Source: Candidatus Bathyarchaeia archaeon
Lineage (GTDB): Archaea > Thermoproteota > Bathyarchaeia > 40CM-2-53-6
DNA: 64,000 nt
NCBI GenBank assembly: GCA_050013255.1
Contig: JBEKFP010000001.1
Coordinates: forward strand, 1,120,001 to 1,184,000
Direction: 5' to 3'
The notes below the pieces were generated by a model. The model was not told where the DNA came from. It ran no database searches and was given only the letters and a program-made list of their open reading frames with translations. How positions within the stretch are numbered: position 1 is the stretch's first letter; each line of letters opens with the position of its first letter. This document shows positions 56,067-64,000 of this stretch, piece after piece. The position numbers and the translations under genes are program-made.

Positions 56067-56503
56067 GCCAATACCTCCACTCTCTTCTTCCAATTCAAAG
56101 GCCCCAGTGATCGTATATCCTCCGTCATTCCTCTAACGACCCGTGCGTACCTTTCGCCCTCCGAAGCGGAGACCCACTCTAACCTGACACGTTCTCGTTC
56201 TATTCCGAATTGGTCCAGCAGCCTCTGCAGGAGCTTGAATCTTCGAAGAGTCTTGATGTTCCCGCTTGTGTAGTGGCAATCGCCTGGGTGGCAGCCAGCG
56301 ATGAGTACTCCGTCTGCTCCTGATGCGAGAGCCTTTATGACAAGGGTGGGGTCGACGCGGCCTGAGCAGTTCACTCGTATTGGGTTGATGTTTGGTGGGT
56401 ACTTGATCCTGCTAGTTCCAGCCAAGTCGGCTCCGGCGTACGAGCACCATCTACATAGGAACCCAACAATTTTCGGTTCAAATCGTTCTTCCAATTGATT
56501 CAT
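56063..56503 (-). CDS. mvhD: Hydrogenase iron-sulfur subunit delta
   Basis: C.WCSY.GAD.AG, CSGRVD, GCHPGDCHY and SASEG. Confidence 0.95.
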   Translation of the reverse strand: MNQLEERFEPKIVGFLCRWCSYAGADLAGTSRIKYPPNINPIRVNCSGRVDPTLVIKALASGADGVLIAGCHPGDCHYTSGNIKTLRRFKLLQRLLDQFGIERERVRLEWVSASEGERYARVVRGMTEDIRSLGPLNWKKRVEVLA

Positions 56504-56508
56504 CTCTA

Positions 56509-58464
56509 TTATTCGACTATGGCCTCAATCATAGCGACCATCTGTTCGTCTGTGAGATTTCGGAGAGTTAGGGCACCTGACGGGCAGGAGGCTATGCAGG
56601 TCCCGCATCCTTCGCAGAGGGCCTCCGACACTTCCGCAAGTTTCTCAGCGTTCAGGCTAAGCGCGTCATACGGACATAGGGGGACGCAGATGCTGCATCC
56701 GCTGCACAATTCGCCGACAACATGGGCAATTGTTGGTTCGCGTTCGAGCGTTGGGCTTGATAGGAGGCCCAGGGCCTTGCCAGCAGCGCCGCTCGCCTGT
56801 GCTACAGTTTCCGGGATATCTTTGGGTGATTGTCCCGCTCCGGCTAGGAAGATCCCCGCCGTCGGGCTTTCGAGTGGTCGAAGCTTGGGGTGTGCCTCCG
56901 AGAAGAAGCCGTTCGCGTCCAGTGAAGCCTTGAGTTTGCTCGCCAGCTCGTGGGATTCTGAGCTTGGGACCATCCCGACCGCGAGTACTACTAAGTCGGC
57001 GTTGATTTGAACGGTTTTTCCACTGAGCGTATCAACGCCCTTAACGATGAGCTTTCCATTTTCTTCATAGACTTTGGCAACTCGGCCGCGGAGGTAAAGG
57101 AGGCCTTTCTCTTCTTGGCAACGTTTTACGAATTCCTCATATCCCTTCCCGCCAGCTCGGATGTCCATGTAGAACACGTACGCCTGGCCTTCTGGCACTT
57201 TGTGCCTGAACATCATCGCATGTCGAGCCGTATACATGCAGCATATTTTCGAACAGTAGGGTAGCGCCGTCTCAGGTTCGCGTTGTCCCGCGCATTGAAT
57301 GAAGACAATTTCTTTTGGCGTCTGACCATCTGATGGGCGTTTAATTTCGCCTGTTGTTGGTCCTGACGCTGAGAGCATGCGCTCAAATTCCATGCTGGTC
57401 ATTACGTCGGGGAAAGTGCCGTAGCCGTACTCGGTCAGTTTTGCGGCATCGTATAACTCGTATCCCGTGGAGACGATGATTGCCCCTACTTCGAGCTCAT
57501 GGATTCTTGGCCACGCATCAAGGTCTATGCAGCTTGTGCCGAATTTGTCGCATGCTTTCTTGCATTCCCCACAGGCTTGGGGCAACAGGCCTAAGCAGTT
57601 TTTCGCGTCGAGAACGTAAGCGGGCGGCACCGCTTGGGCGAATGGGGTGTAAATTGCTTTTCTCCAGGTCAAACCGAAGTCGAATTCGTTGGGAACTTGA
57701 GCGGGGCAGGCTTTCGCGCATTCCCCGCAAGCGTTACACTTGGCTTCATCAACGTACGCTGGTTCCTGTCGCACCTTGACCTTGAAGTTGCCAATGTAGC
57801 CTTTCACCTCTTCGACTTTAGAAAGCCTAAGGAGTTTGATGTTCGGGTGCCTGAACACCTCCACCATCAGGGGCCCGAGGATGCATGTTGAACAGTCGAG
57901 CGTGGGGAAGGTTTCGGAGAGTTGTGCCATTCTTCCCCCTATCGTTCCTGACTTTTCGACTAAGTAAACTTGGTAACCGCCATTCGCCACGTCAAGCGCA
58001 GCACGAATGCCTGCAATCCCTCCTCCGATGACGAGAACCTTCCGAGTCACTGGAACAGTGACGGGTTGCAGTGGTTCGTTGAGCCTAACCTTCTCTATGC
58101 CCTGGTGCACCGTAATGTGGGCTTTCGCCGTGGCCTTTCCAGGATCGTCGTGAACCCAGCTGCTCTGTTCTCGAATGTTCGCGATTTCGCAGTTGTATCG
58201 GTTCAGGCCTGACAGCTGCGCTATGGTCTTGAAGGTGGCCTCGTGCATCGCTGGCGAACAGGCGGCGACGACAATGGCGTCCAGATTGTGTTGCCTTATG
58301 CTGTCCTTGATCAATGTCTGGCCAGGTTCAGAGCAGAGGTACTTGTGGTCAACAGCGAACACTACGTCTTGCTGCTTGCCGGCTTTCTCAACAACTTCCT
58401 TAATGTTGACATTCCCTGCGATGTTCAAGCCGCAGTGGCAAACGAACACACCAACTCGTTTCAC
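56509..58464 (-). CDS. hdrA: Heterodisulfide reductase subunit A
   Basis: GVFVCHCG.NI, GGGIAG, TFPT.DC..C, CSKICC and GPKDIP-like motifs; ferredoxin motifs. Confidence 0.96.
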   Translation of the reverse strand: MKRVGVFVCHCGLNIAGNVNIKEVVEKAGKQQDVVFAVDHKYLCSEPGQTLIKDSIRQHNLDAIVVAACSPAMHEATFKTIAQLSGLNRYNCEIANIREQSSWVHDDPGKATAKAHITVHQGIEKVRLNEPLQPVTVPVTRKVLVIGGGIAGIRAALDVANGGYQVYLVEKSGTIGGRMAQLSETFPTLDCSTCILGPLMVEVFRHPNIKLLRLSKVEEVKGYIGNFKVKVRQEPAYVDEAKCNACGECAKACPAQVPNEFDFGLTWRKAIYTPFAQAVPPAYVLDAKNCLGLLPQACGECKKACDKFGTSCIDLDAWPRIHELEVGAIIVSTGYELYDAAKLTEYGYGTFPDVMTSMEFERMLSASGPTTGEIKRPSDGQTPKEIVFIQCAGQREPETALPYCSKICCMYTARHAMMFRHKVPEGQAYVFYMDIRAGGKGYEEFVKRCQEEKGLLYLRGRVAKVYEENGKLIVKGVDTLSGKTVQINADLVVLAVGMVPSSESHELASKLKASLDANGFFSEAHPKLRPLESPTAGIFLAGAGQSPKDIPETVAQASGAAGKALGLLSSPTLEREPTIAHVVGELCSGCSICVPLCPYDALSLNAEKLAEVSEALCEGCGTCIASCPSGALTLRNLTDEQMVAMIEAIVE

Positions 58465-59351
58465 TTCTTACCTCCTCCTATCAACATCGGTGTTGTTGCC
58501 TCGCGTACTGCTTGCATCTGGCGTTGGTCAAGTTCCAGTTCCTCAGGCTGAAGGCCCAAGGCCAGTCCCAGAAGTTGGGTGAAGTAGACGATTGGAAGGA
58601 AGTCGTCGGGAGTAGAGCCACTGCTGTCTTGAAGTTGGCTGGATTCTAGGTTGTACTTGCAGAGTGGGCAGCTAACAGTTAGCAGCCTAGCTCCGCACGA
58701 ACGGGCGGAGCGGATGATGGCCCCCGAGATTGGTTGAACATTTCCCGGCGAGCTGACGCTCAGGTACGAACCGCAACAATCAGTTCTGGCAGGGTAGTCG
58801 ATTGGCGTGCATCCCAATCTGGTTAGGAGGTTCTCCAGAATTGAAGGTCTGTTCGGGTCATCAAACTTCATCTCCCCAGCTGGACGGAGGAGCAGACAGC
58901 CGTAGTAGGCTCCTACGTGTAGTCCTTTGAAAGGAACCTTAACCGCTCTCTCAACAGCGTCGAAACCAATACGGTCCCTTAGAATTTCCAGAAAATGTAT
59001 GACGTCCACTCCGCCATTGAAAGTTTCTTCGTTGAATGTGTTAATCGTTTGTTGAGAGGGGGAGGCAAGCTTGGCATGTAGGTCTGTTCTCTTGAGAACA
59101 TTGTAGCAACCGGCGCATAACGTTACGAGGGTGTGGTCTTCCTGTGTCGCTCGGGCAAGGATCCGGTTCGGTCCGGCTTTTGTTATGAGGTTATCATCCA
59201 CGTTCGACAAAACCGCGCCGCAACAAAGCTGGCCCTGCATTTCTTTCAATTCGAAACCGAGAGCGTGTGCACAGGCTTTAGCGGATCGGTCGAAATCCTT
59301 CGCTACAGTTCGGAGTGAGCACCCGGGGAAGTAGAGGTAAGACTGCATCAT
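58461..59351 (-). CDS. hdrB: Heterodisulfide reductase subunit B
   Basis: FPGC, two CCG motifs, YYGC.L.RP and CPLC. Confidence 0.93.
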   Translation of the reverse strand: MMQSYLYFPGCSLRTVAKDFDRSAKACAHALGFELKEMQGQLCCGAVLSNVDDNLITKAGPNRILARATQEDHTLVTLCAGCYNVLKRTDLHAKLASPSQQTINTFNEETFNGGVDVIHFLEILRDRIGFDAVERAVKVPFKGLHVGAYYGCLLLRPAGEMKFDDPNRPSILENLLTRLGCTPIDYPARTDCCGSYLSVSSPGNVQPISGAIIRSARSCGARLLTVSCPLCKYNLESSQLQDSSGSTPDDFLPIVYFTQLLGLALGLQPEELELDQRQMQAVREATTPMLIGGGKK

Positions 59352-59358
59352 TTCTACC

Positions 59359-59754
59359 TCAATATGAGCTGAGTTTCCTGTAGGCGCTCACCAGGCCTTG
59401 TTGCGGTATCTCGGAGGAAGTCTGTTCAATCTTGAGCTCGTAGGGTTCTTGTCGCAACTTGATTGTGCGGATTGCTTCGCAGATTTTGCTCACGTCTAGG
59501 CCTCTTGGGCATTGAGTTTCACATGAGAAACAAGTCGCGCAGAGCCATGGTGAATTGGCGTCAAGAACTTGCTGAAAGCCAAGCTGCAGGTACCGGACGA
59601 TTTGGTGGGGAAGCAAATCCATACGCGAGGATAACGGGCAGGTGGCTGAGCATTTCCCGCACTGGTAGCAAAGTGAAATGTTCTGGCCGCTTATCGTCTC
59701 CACCTTGCGCAGCAGTGGGCCTCCGATTGAGTCGGCCGATAGGATGCTCGCCAC
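59359..59754 (-). CDS. hdrC: Heterodisulfide reductase subunit C
   Basis: CYQCGKCSATCP and W.CATC.SC...CPR. Confidence 0.92.
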   Translation of the reverse strand: MASILSADSIGGPLLRKVETISGQNISLCYQCGKCSATCPLSSRMDLLPHQIVRYLQLGFQQVLDANSPWLCATCFSCETQCPRGLDVSKICEAIRTIKLRQEPYELKIEQTSSEIPQQGLVSAYRKLSSY

Positions 59755-59755
59755 C

Positions 59756-61432
59756 TTATTCCCAGCCTTTTACCGCGAAAGCCTCTAGCTCAATTTTCGC
59801 TTCCTTGCTACGGTAGTCGGGTAGAATTATTGGACTGTGTCGGTCCGGCTTGTAGCCGGCCTTTGCTAGTTCCTTGTGAAAACGAATAACATGGTTGAGA
59901 GTTGGTTTACCGCCGGCTGAGGTTTTTGATTTCTTGGCGGCTTCTGTACCGGCGCGTCGGCCGAAGACCAATATGTCAAGCAGCGAATTTCCCATCAAAC
60001 GGTTTCTTCCATGTACGCCGCCAGACGCTTCACCGGCAACATACAAGTTCGGGACGTTCGTGCGGCCGTCTACGTCAATGAGTACGCCCCCGTTCTGGTA
60101 ATGCTGGGTTGGATAGACGAGAACTGGGTCCTTCATTATGTCGATCCCGAACCTTTTGAATTGGCGGACCATAGCAGGGGCGAGGCGTTGTGTTCGGCCG
60201 GGCCCTTTCAAATCGTCAATGAGCGGCGTGTCGAGCCACACACCTACGAGGCCGCCTGGGGTTAGAACGCCCTTGTTGTGTTCCTTACATTCCCTTATGA
60301 TGGCTGAAGAAACAGCATCCCTTGTTTCAAGTTCGTTGACGAATCGGTCTCCGTTTACGTTGACAAGTTGGGAGCCTAGGCTCCGCATTTTCTCAGTTAT
60401 GAGCTGCCCGGAGATTAGTTCTGGGAATGCTACGCCGGTGGGGTGGTATTGGATTGTGTCTACGAATGCTAGCTTGCAACCGGCCCTGTAAGCAAGTGCA
60501 AGTCCATCCCCTGTCGCGCCGTAGTGGTTAGTTGTTGGGAAGCCTTGGACGTGTAACCTTCCTGACCCGCCGGTTGCTATGATCGTTGTCTTTGAACGAA
60601 TGACCGTGTACTCATCGGTCTCCATGTTGAGAAGAATGGCGCCGACGCAGTTTCCCTCCTCATCGGTTAACAATTCTATTGCGGGGGAGAATTCGATGAC
60701 TTGAATGCCGAGGTTGGTTACTTCATCTCGCAGCGTGCGCATTATTTCGGCGCCCGTGTAGTCTCGGGCCGCGTGCATGCGCCTTCTGCTTGTCCCGCCT
60801 CCGTGCATCGTGACGAAAGTACCGTCAGCTTCTTTGTCGAACATCGTGCCTAGGCCTTCAAGCCATTCGATGATCGAGGGGGCGTCTGAGACAAGCGTTC
60901 GAACGAGGCTGGGTATGTTTGTGTAACCCCCGCCTCCCATAACGTCAAGGTAGTGCGTGCCCGGTGAATCGTTCGCCTTGTCAGCTGCTTGAATTCCGCC
61001 CTGCGCCATCATCGTATTAGAATCGCCGAACCTTAGCTTGGTACACAATAGCACCTGGGCACCCTCCTGGTGGGCGGCTAAGGCTGAAGCGGCTCCTGCG
61101 CCACCACCGCCTATGACTAGTACGTCAGTTTGAATGCCTACTGTCGAGATGTCAATTTTCGTGGGATTCACGCGACTGTAAGCTTCAACAACCTCACCCA
61201 GCTCGTTGACGATCGGTTCGCCTTTGTTCGCTCCGACGAGAAGTTTCCGCGCCGTGCCAGGCTTGTAGTCGGGGTGGTACTTTTCGAGTAGTGCTTTCTT
61301 CTCCTCAGGCTTGAGTTTTGGAAATGTCTGTTTCATTCGTTCTTTACGGGTGGCGGCAACTTTGTCTATCGAACGTCGCATCTCTTCGCTGTAAGTGATT
61401 ACCGTTCGCCATTGCTGAGACTGCACTGACAC
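59756..61432 (-). CDS. Fumarate reductase / succinate dehydrogenase-family flavoprotein (TfrA-like, non-covalent FAD)
   Basis: GGGGAG, SNT.MAQGG, QYHPTG, TE..R, TRD, HYQNGG and HGRNRL.GNSL. Confidence 0.85.
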   Translation of the reverse strand: MSVQSQQWRTVITYSEEMRRSIDKVAATRKERMKQTFPKLKPEEKKALLEKYHPDYKPGTARKLLVGANKGEPIVNELGEVVEAYSRVNPTKIDISTVGIQTDVLVIGGGGAGAASALAAHQEGAQVLLCTKLRFGDSNTMMAQGGIQAADKANDSPGTHYLDVMGGGGYTNIPSLVRTLVSDAPSIIEWLEGLGTMFDKEADGTFVTMHGGGTSRRRMHAARDYTGAEIMRTLRDEVTNLGIQVIEFSPAIELLTDEEGNCVGAILLNMETDEYTVIRSKTTIIATGGSGRLHVQGFPTTNHYGATGDGLALAYRAGCKLAFVDTIQYHPTGVAFPELISGQLITEKMRSLGSQLVNVNGDRFVNELETRDAVSSAIIRECKEHNKGVLTPGGLVGVWLDTPLIDDLKGPGRTQRLAPAMVRQFKRFGIDIMKDPVLVYPTQHYQNGGVLIDVDGRTNVPNLYVAGEASGGVHGRNRLMGNSLLDILVFGRRAGTEAAKKSKTSAGGKPTLNHVIRFHKELAKAGYKPDRHSPIILPDYRSKEAKIELEAFAVKGWE

Positions 61433-62131
61433 CTATGCTGCCTCCTTTTCGATTTCCCTAGCGTTGTACATCTTCGCCAACTCCGCTGTGCTTAGGTGGG
61501 TGAGGTGATCGAGGTCCTCGTCGAAAAATCCACTCCTGACCTGTTGAAGCCGTTCTTGAAGGTGCTTCGACTTCGGAGCCAAGTGCGCTGCGTAGAGTCT
61601 TCTTGCGAGAATGGCAACGTAGTACTGAACTATTTCCGCCGGGCATCTTGTGGCGCAGAGGCCGCACATTATGCAGTCGAATGAAAGGTCGGCCGCCGTG
61701 CTGATGTCGCCGCGCATCACGGCCCCCATAACATCTATGACAGGCAGCTCCTGTGGGCAGGCGCGGCTACAAGTGTTGCACTGTAAGCATCTCATCACCT
61801 CAGGATAGAAACGGACAATTGAGGACAGATCTGCCGGTAGTTCCTTCAAATTGTATTTGGCTTTAGTTGCGGGATGGAACGGAAGCATCGAAAAGACCAT
61901 TCCGTCCTTGACGGGCGTTTGGCATGCGAGTCCTGTTCGCAGCCTGTAATCTCCTTGAATCCTATACACGGTTGCGCAAGCGCCGCAGAAACCACTGCGA
62001 CAACCACACCCCCTCAGTAACCGGTAACCCAGAGACTCCATGGCGGTCAGGATAGTCAGGTTTTCTGGAACGTGGTACTGCTTACCAAAGACGTAGACTG
62101 CTAAATTCGAGTTCGATTTCTCAACGTCCAT
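61433..62131 (-). CDS. FrdB/SdhB-like iron-sulfur protein ([2Fe-2S] plus 2[4Fe-4S])
   Basis: GCRSGFCGAC...LACQ and two CxxCxxCxxxCP motifs. Confidence 0.85.
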   Translation of the reverse strand: MDVEKSNSNLAVYVFGKQYHVPENLTILTAMESLGYRLLRGCGCRSGFCGACATVYRIQGDYRLRTGLACQTPVKDGMVFSMLPFHPATKAKYNLKELPADLSSIVRFYPEVMRCLQCNTCSRACPQELPVIDVMGAVMRGDISTAADLSFDCIMCGLCATRCPAEIVQYYVAILARRLYAAHLAPKSKHLQERLQQVRSGFFDEDLDHLTHLSTAELAKMYNAREIEKEAA

Positions 62132-62536
62132 TCATTCTTCCTCTGACATAATCTTCTGATTTTTCAGTGAGCTTTCCTTATCCACTAAGAAAATGGCGAA
62201 ATCAGGGCAGATCTCTTCGCAGACGCCACATCCGACACACAATGAGCTGTCCTTGATTCGGGGCGGATGTATTCCAATCTGGTTGAGCTTCTTGCCTTGC
62301 TCGAACACCTTACGTGGACAGAACTCTATGCAGTAAGTGCATCCCTTGCATCTGTCCTCGATTAGAATAACGTCGACGTCTCGGAGCTTCAACTTCTGTT
62401 GGGGTAAGAGAGGTATCCTAGATGGTCTAGGAGGGCTCCATTCCCTCACAAATCCCGACGTAACAGTCCCCTCGGTAACCCGCTCGATTGTGCGGTCTAC
62501 CTGCTGAGCGATGTTGCTCACTGGGGGAAGCCTCAC
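62132..62536 (-). CDS. 2[4Fe-4S] ferredoxin, KorD-like (OFOR delta subunit)
   Basis: CKGC.YCIEFCP and CVGCG.CE.ICPDFAI. Confidence 0.82.
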   Translation of the reverse strand: MRLPPVSNIAQQVDRTIERVTEGTVTSGFVREWSPPRPSRIPLLPQQKLKLRDVDVILIEDRCKGCTYCIEFCPRKVFEQGKKLNQIGIHPPRIKDSSLCVGCGVCEEICPDFAIFLVDKESSLKNQKIMSEEE

Positions 62537-62684
62537 TTCGACGTTCTCTCATTTTATTCTAAATATAGAGATAGTTCTTTGAGTAAATACTATGCATATT
62601 AAACGCACAAACGAAGGTACGTATTTACATAAACCCGGTTCGTCTGTAAAACACCATTTGTCATCTGGAGGCGCGGTGAGACCT

Positions 62685-63815
62685 GTGACTGTGCGAGGGC
62701 AAAGTCGCGAATTTTTCATGTCCGGAAACCAGGCCTGCGCAGAGGCGGCTATCGCCGCGGGCTGTCGATTCTACGGAGGGTATCCGATCACTCCATCTTC
62801 AGAGATAGCGGAATACATGAGCAGACGTTTGCCGCAAGTCGGAGGACACTACCTTCAGATGGAAGACGAAATCGGCAGCATCGCTGCAGTCATCGGGGCG
62901 TCGAATGCAGGCGTCAAGAGCATGACGGCAACATCAGGGCCTGGATTCTCCCTGATGATGGAGAACATAGGATTAGGCGTAATCACCGAAACCCCATGCG
63001 TTATCGTTAATGTTCAAAGAGCGGGGCCAAGCACGGGAATTCCAACACTCATTGGACAAGGCGACATGATGCAGGCTCGATGGGGATCTCACGGGGACTA
63101 CGAGATTATTGCTTATTCACCAAACAGCGTCCAAGAGATGTTCGACCTTACGATCAAAACTTTCAACATGGCGGAAAAATATCGGACCCCAACTTTCCTG
63201 ATGGCCGACCAAGTCGTAGGCCATATGACAAGTAAGCTTGTGATTCCTCCCCCAGAAGACATAGAGGTGGTGAATCGGAAGAAACTATCCAAGTCTGAGC
63301 CGAATTTCATTCCCTTCGATTTCAGCCAAGATTACTCACCCATGGCGGTGGCTGGTGAGGGCTTTCACGTGAATGTTGATAGTCTTACGCACGATGAACG
63401 CGGATATCCATCCTTGGACCACGCTGTTTCTGAGAGAATGCTGAATCATTTAATCGGGAAAATCCTGAATCACCTAGACGACATAGTAGAAGTCGAACAC
63501 TACCTGACCGATGATGCGGAAGTAGTCATTGTAGCCTACGGTGCAACGTCCAGGTCAGCGCTCCGCGTCGTCAAGGAGGCTAGACAACGAGGTAAGAAGG
63601 TTGGGCTTCTCAGGTTGATTACGCCGTGGCCTTTTCCCCAAAAGGAAATTGAAAAACTCAGCGCGAAATCCAAGAGAATGGTTGTACCAGAGATCAACTA
63701 CGGCCAAATGGAACATCTGGTTAGAGAATTCGCGGAATGCCCCGTGATAGGCGTCCACTATCCTGTTGGGGCTCTAATCCCTCCCGAGAAAATCTACTCG
63801 GCTTTGGAGGTATAG
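62685..63815 (+). CDS. korA: 2-oxoacid:ferredoxin oxidoreductase alpha subunit (KorA-like; start uncertain, ORF open from 62592)
   Basis: GN.A.A, GYPITPSSE, QMEDE, ATSGPGFSLM, RAGPSTG and E.NYGQ. Confidence 0.9.
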   Translation: MTVRGQSREFFMSGNQACAEAAIAAGCRFYGGYPITPSSEIAEYMSRRLPQVGGHYLQMEDEIGSIAAVIGASNAGVKSMTATSGPGFSLMMENIGLGVITETPCVIVNVQRAGPSTGIPTLIGQGDMMQARWGSHGDYEIIAYSPNSVQEMFDLTIKTFNMAEKYRTPTFLMADQVVGHMTSKLVIPPPEDIEVVNRKKLSKSEPNFIPFDFSQDYSPMAVAGEGFHVNVDSLTHDERGYPSLDHAVSERMLNHLIGKILNHLDDIVEVEHYLTDDAEVVIVAYGATSRSALRVVKEARQRGKKVGLLRLITPWPFPQKEIEKLSAKSKRMVVPEINYGQMEHLVREFAECPVIGVHYPVGALIPPEKIYSALEV

Positions 63816-63819
63816 AGGA

Positions 63820-64000
63820 ATGGCTCAACTTGAGGTTCATAGCGAATTCGAAACGATGAAACTCACCAACCCTAGAGACGAAATGTTACGAGCTGACAGG
63901 TTACCACACATCTGGTGCCCAGGATGCGGCCTGGGAATTGTAACTGGCTGTCTAGTTGAGGCGATTAGAAGTTCGGGAATTCCGCAGGATCGACATGTGA
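63820..64000 (+). CDS. korB: 2-oxoacid:ferredoxin oxidoreductase beta subunit, 3'-truncated by the window
   Basis: Manual translation ...LPHIWCPGCGLG... Confidence 0.9.
   Translation, partial: MAQLEVHSEFETMKLTNPRDEMLRADRLPHIWCPGCGLGIVTGCLVEAIRSSGIPQDRHV

Noticed and set aside
53653-58464. Selenocysteine in MvhA, MvhD or HdrA
   Set aside because: These ORFs are uninterrupted and have Cys at the relevant motifs.

Overview
Chromosomal DNA of an anaerobic TACK-type archaeon. Bathyarchaeia-like is my inference from multi-intron tRNAs, the rpl12-alaS-leuS order, a VPEF sorting signal and MvhADG-HdrABC. In order, the window holds: a glycosylation-precursor operon; four tRNA genes (Ala-GGC, Phe-GAA, Gly-GCC, Arg-TCT) with 8 BHB introns in total, none at the canonical 37/38 site and 3 in tRNA-Phe; ppsA and a bacterial-type scpB; the conserved translation superoperon, in which the rpl18a...rpl11 block is inverted; alaS-leuS; an accessory island downstream of tRNA-Arg; a decayed vapBC locus; FrhB, PaaK and LigB genes; a GT4/six-hairpin/GH130 cluster; and a ferredoxin-FrdB/FrdA-like-hdrCBA-mvhDGA-protease operon divergent from korAB. 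The strongest candidate for a new system is a family of about 32-bp 13-6-13 sites (GTGTGTGTGCGCA-CCANTA-GACCCACACACAC). Roughly half of them have a degenerate tRNA 3' end as their left half. They bracket individual cargo genes in inverted pairs downstream of tRNA-Arg and tRNA-Gly, suggesting a tRNA-targeted, dif-module-like gene-cassette system. No recombinase gene is present in the window. All product calls come from motif recognition, not database searches.
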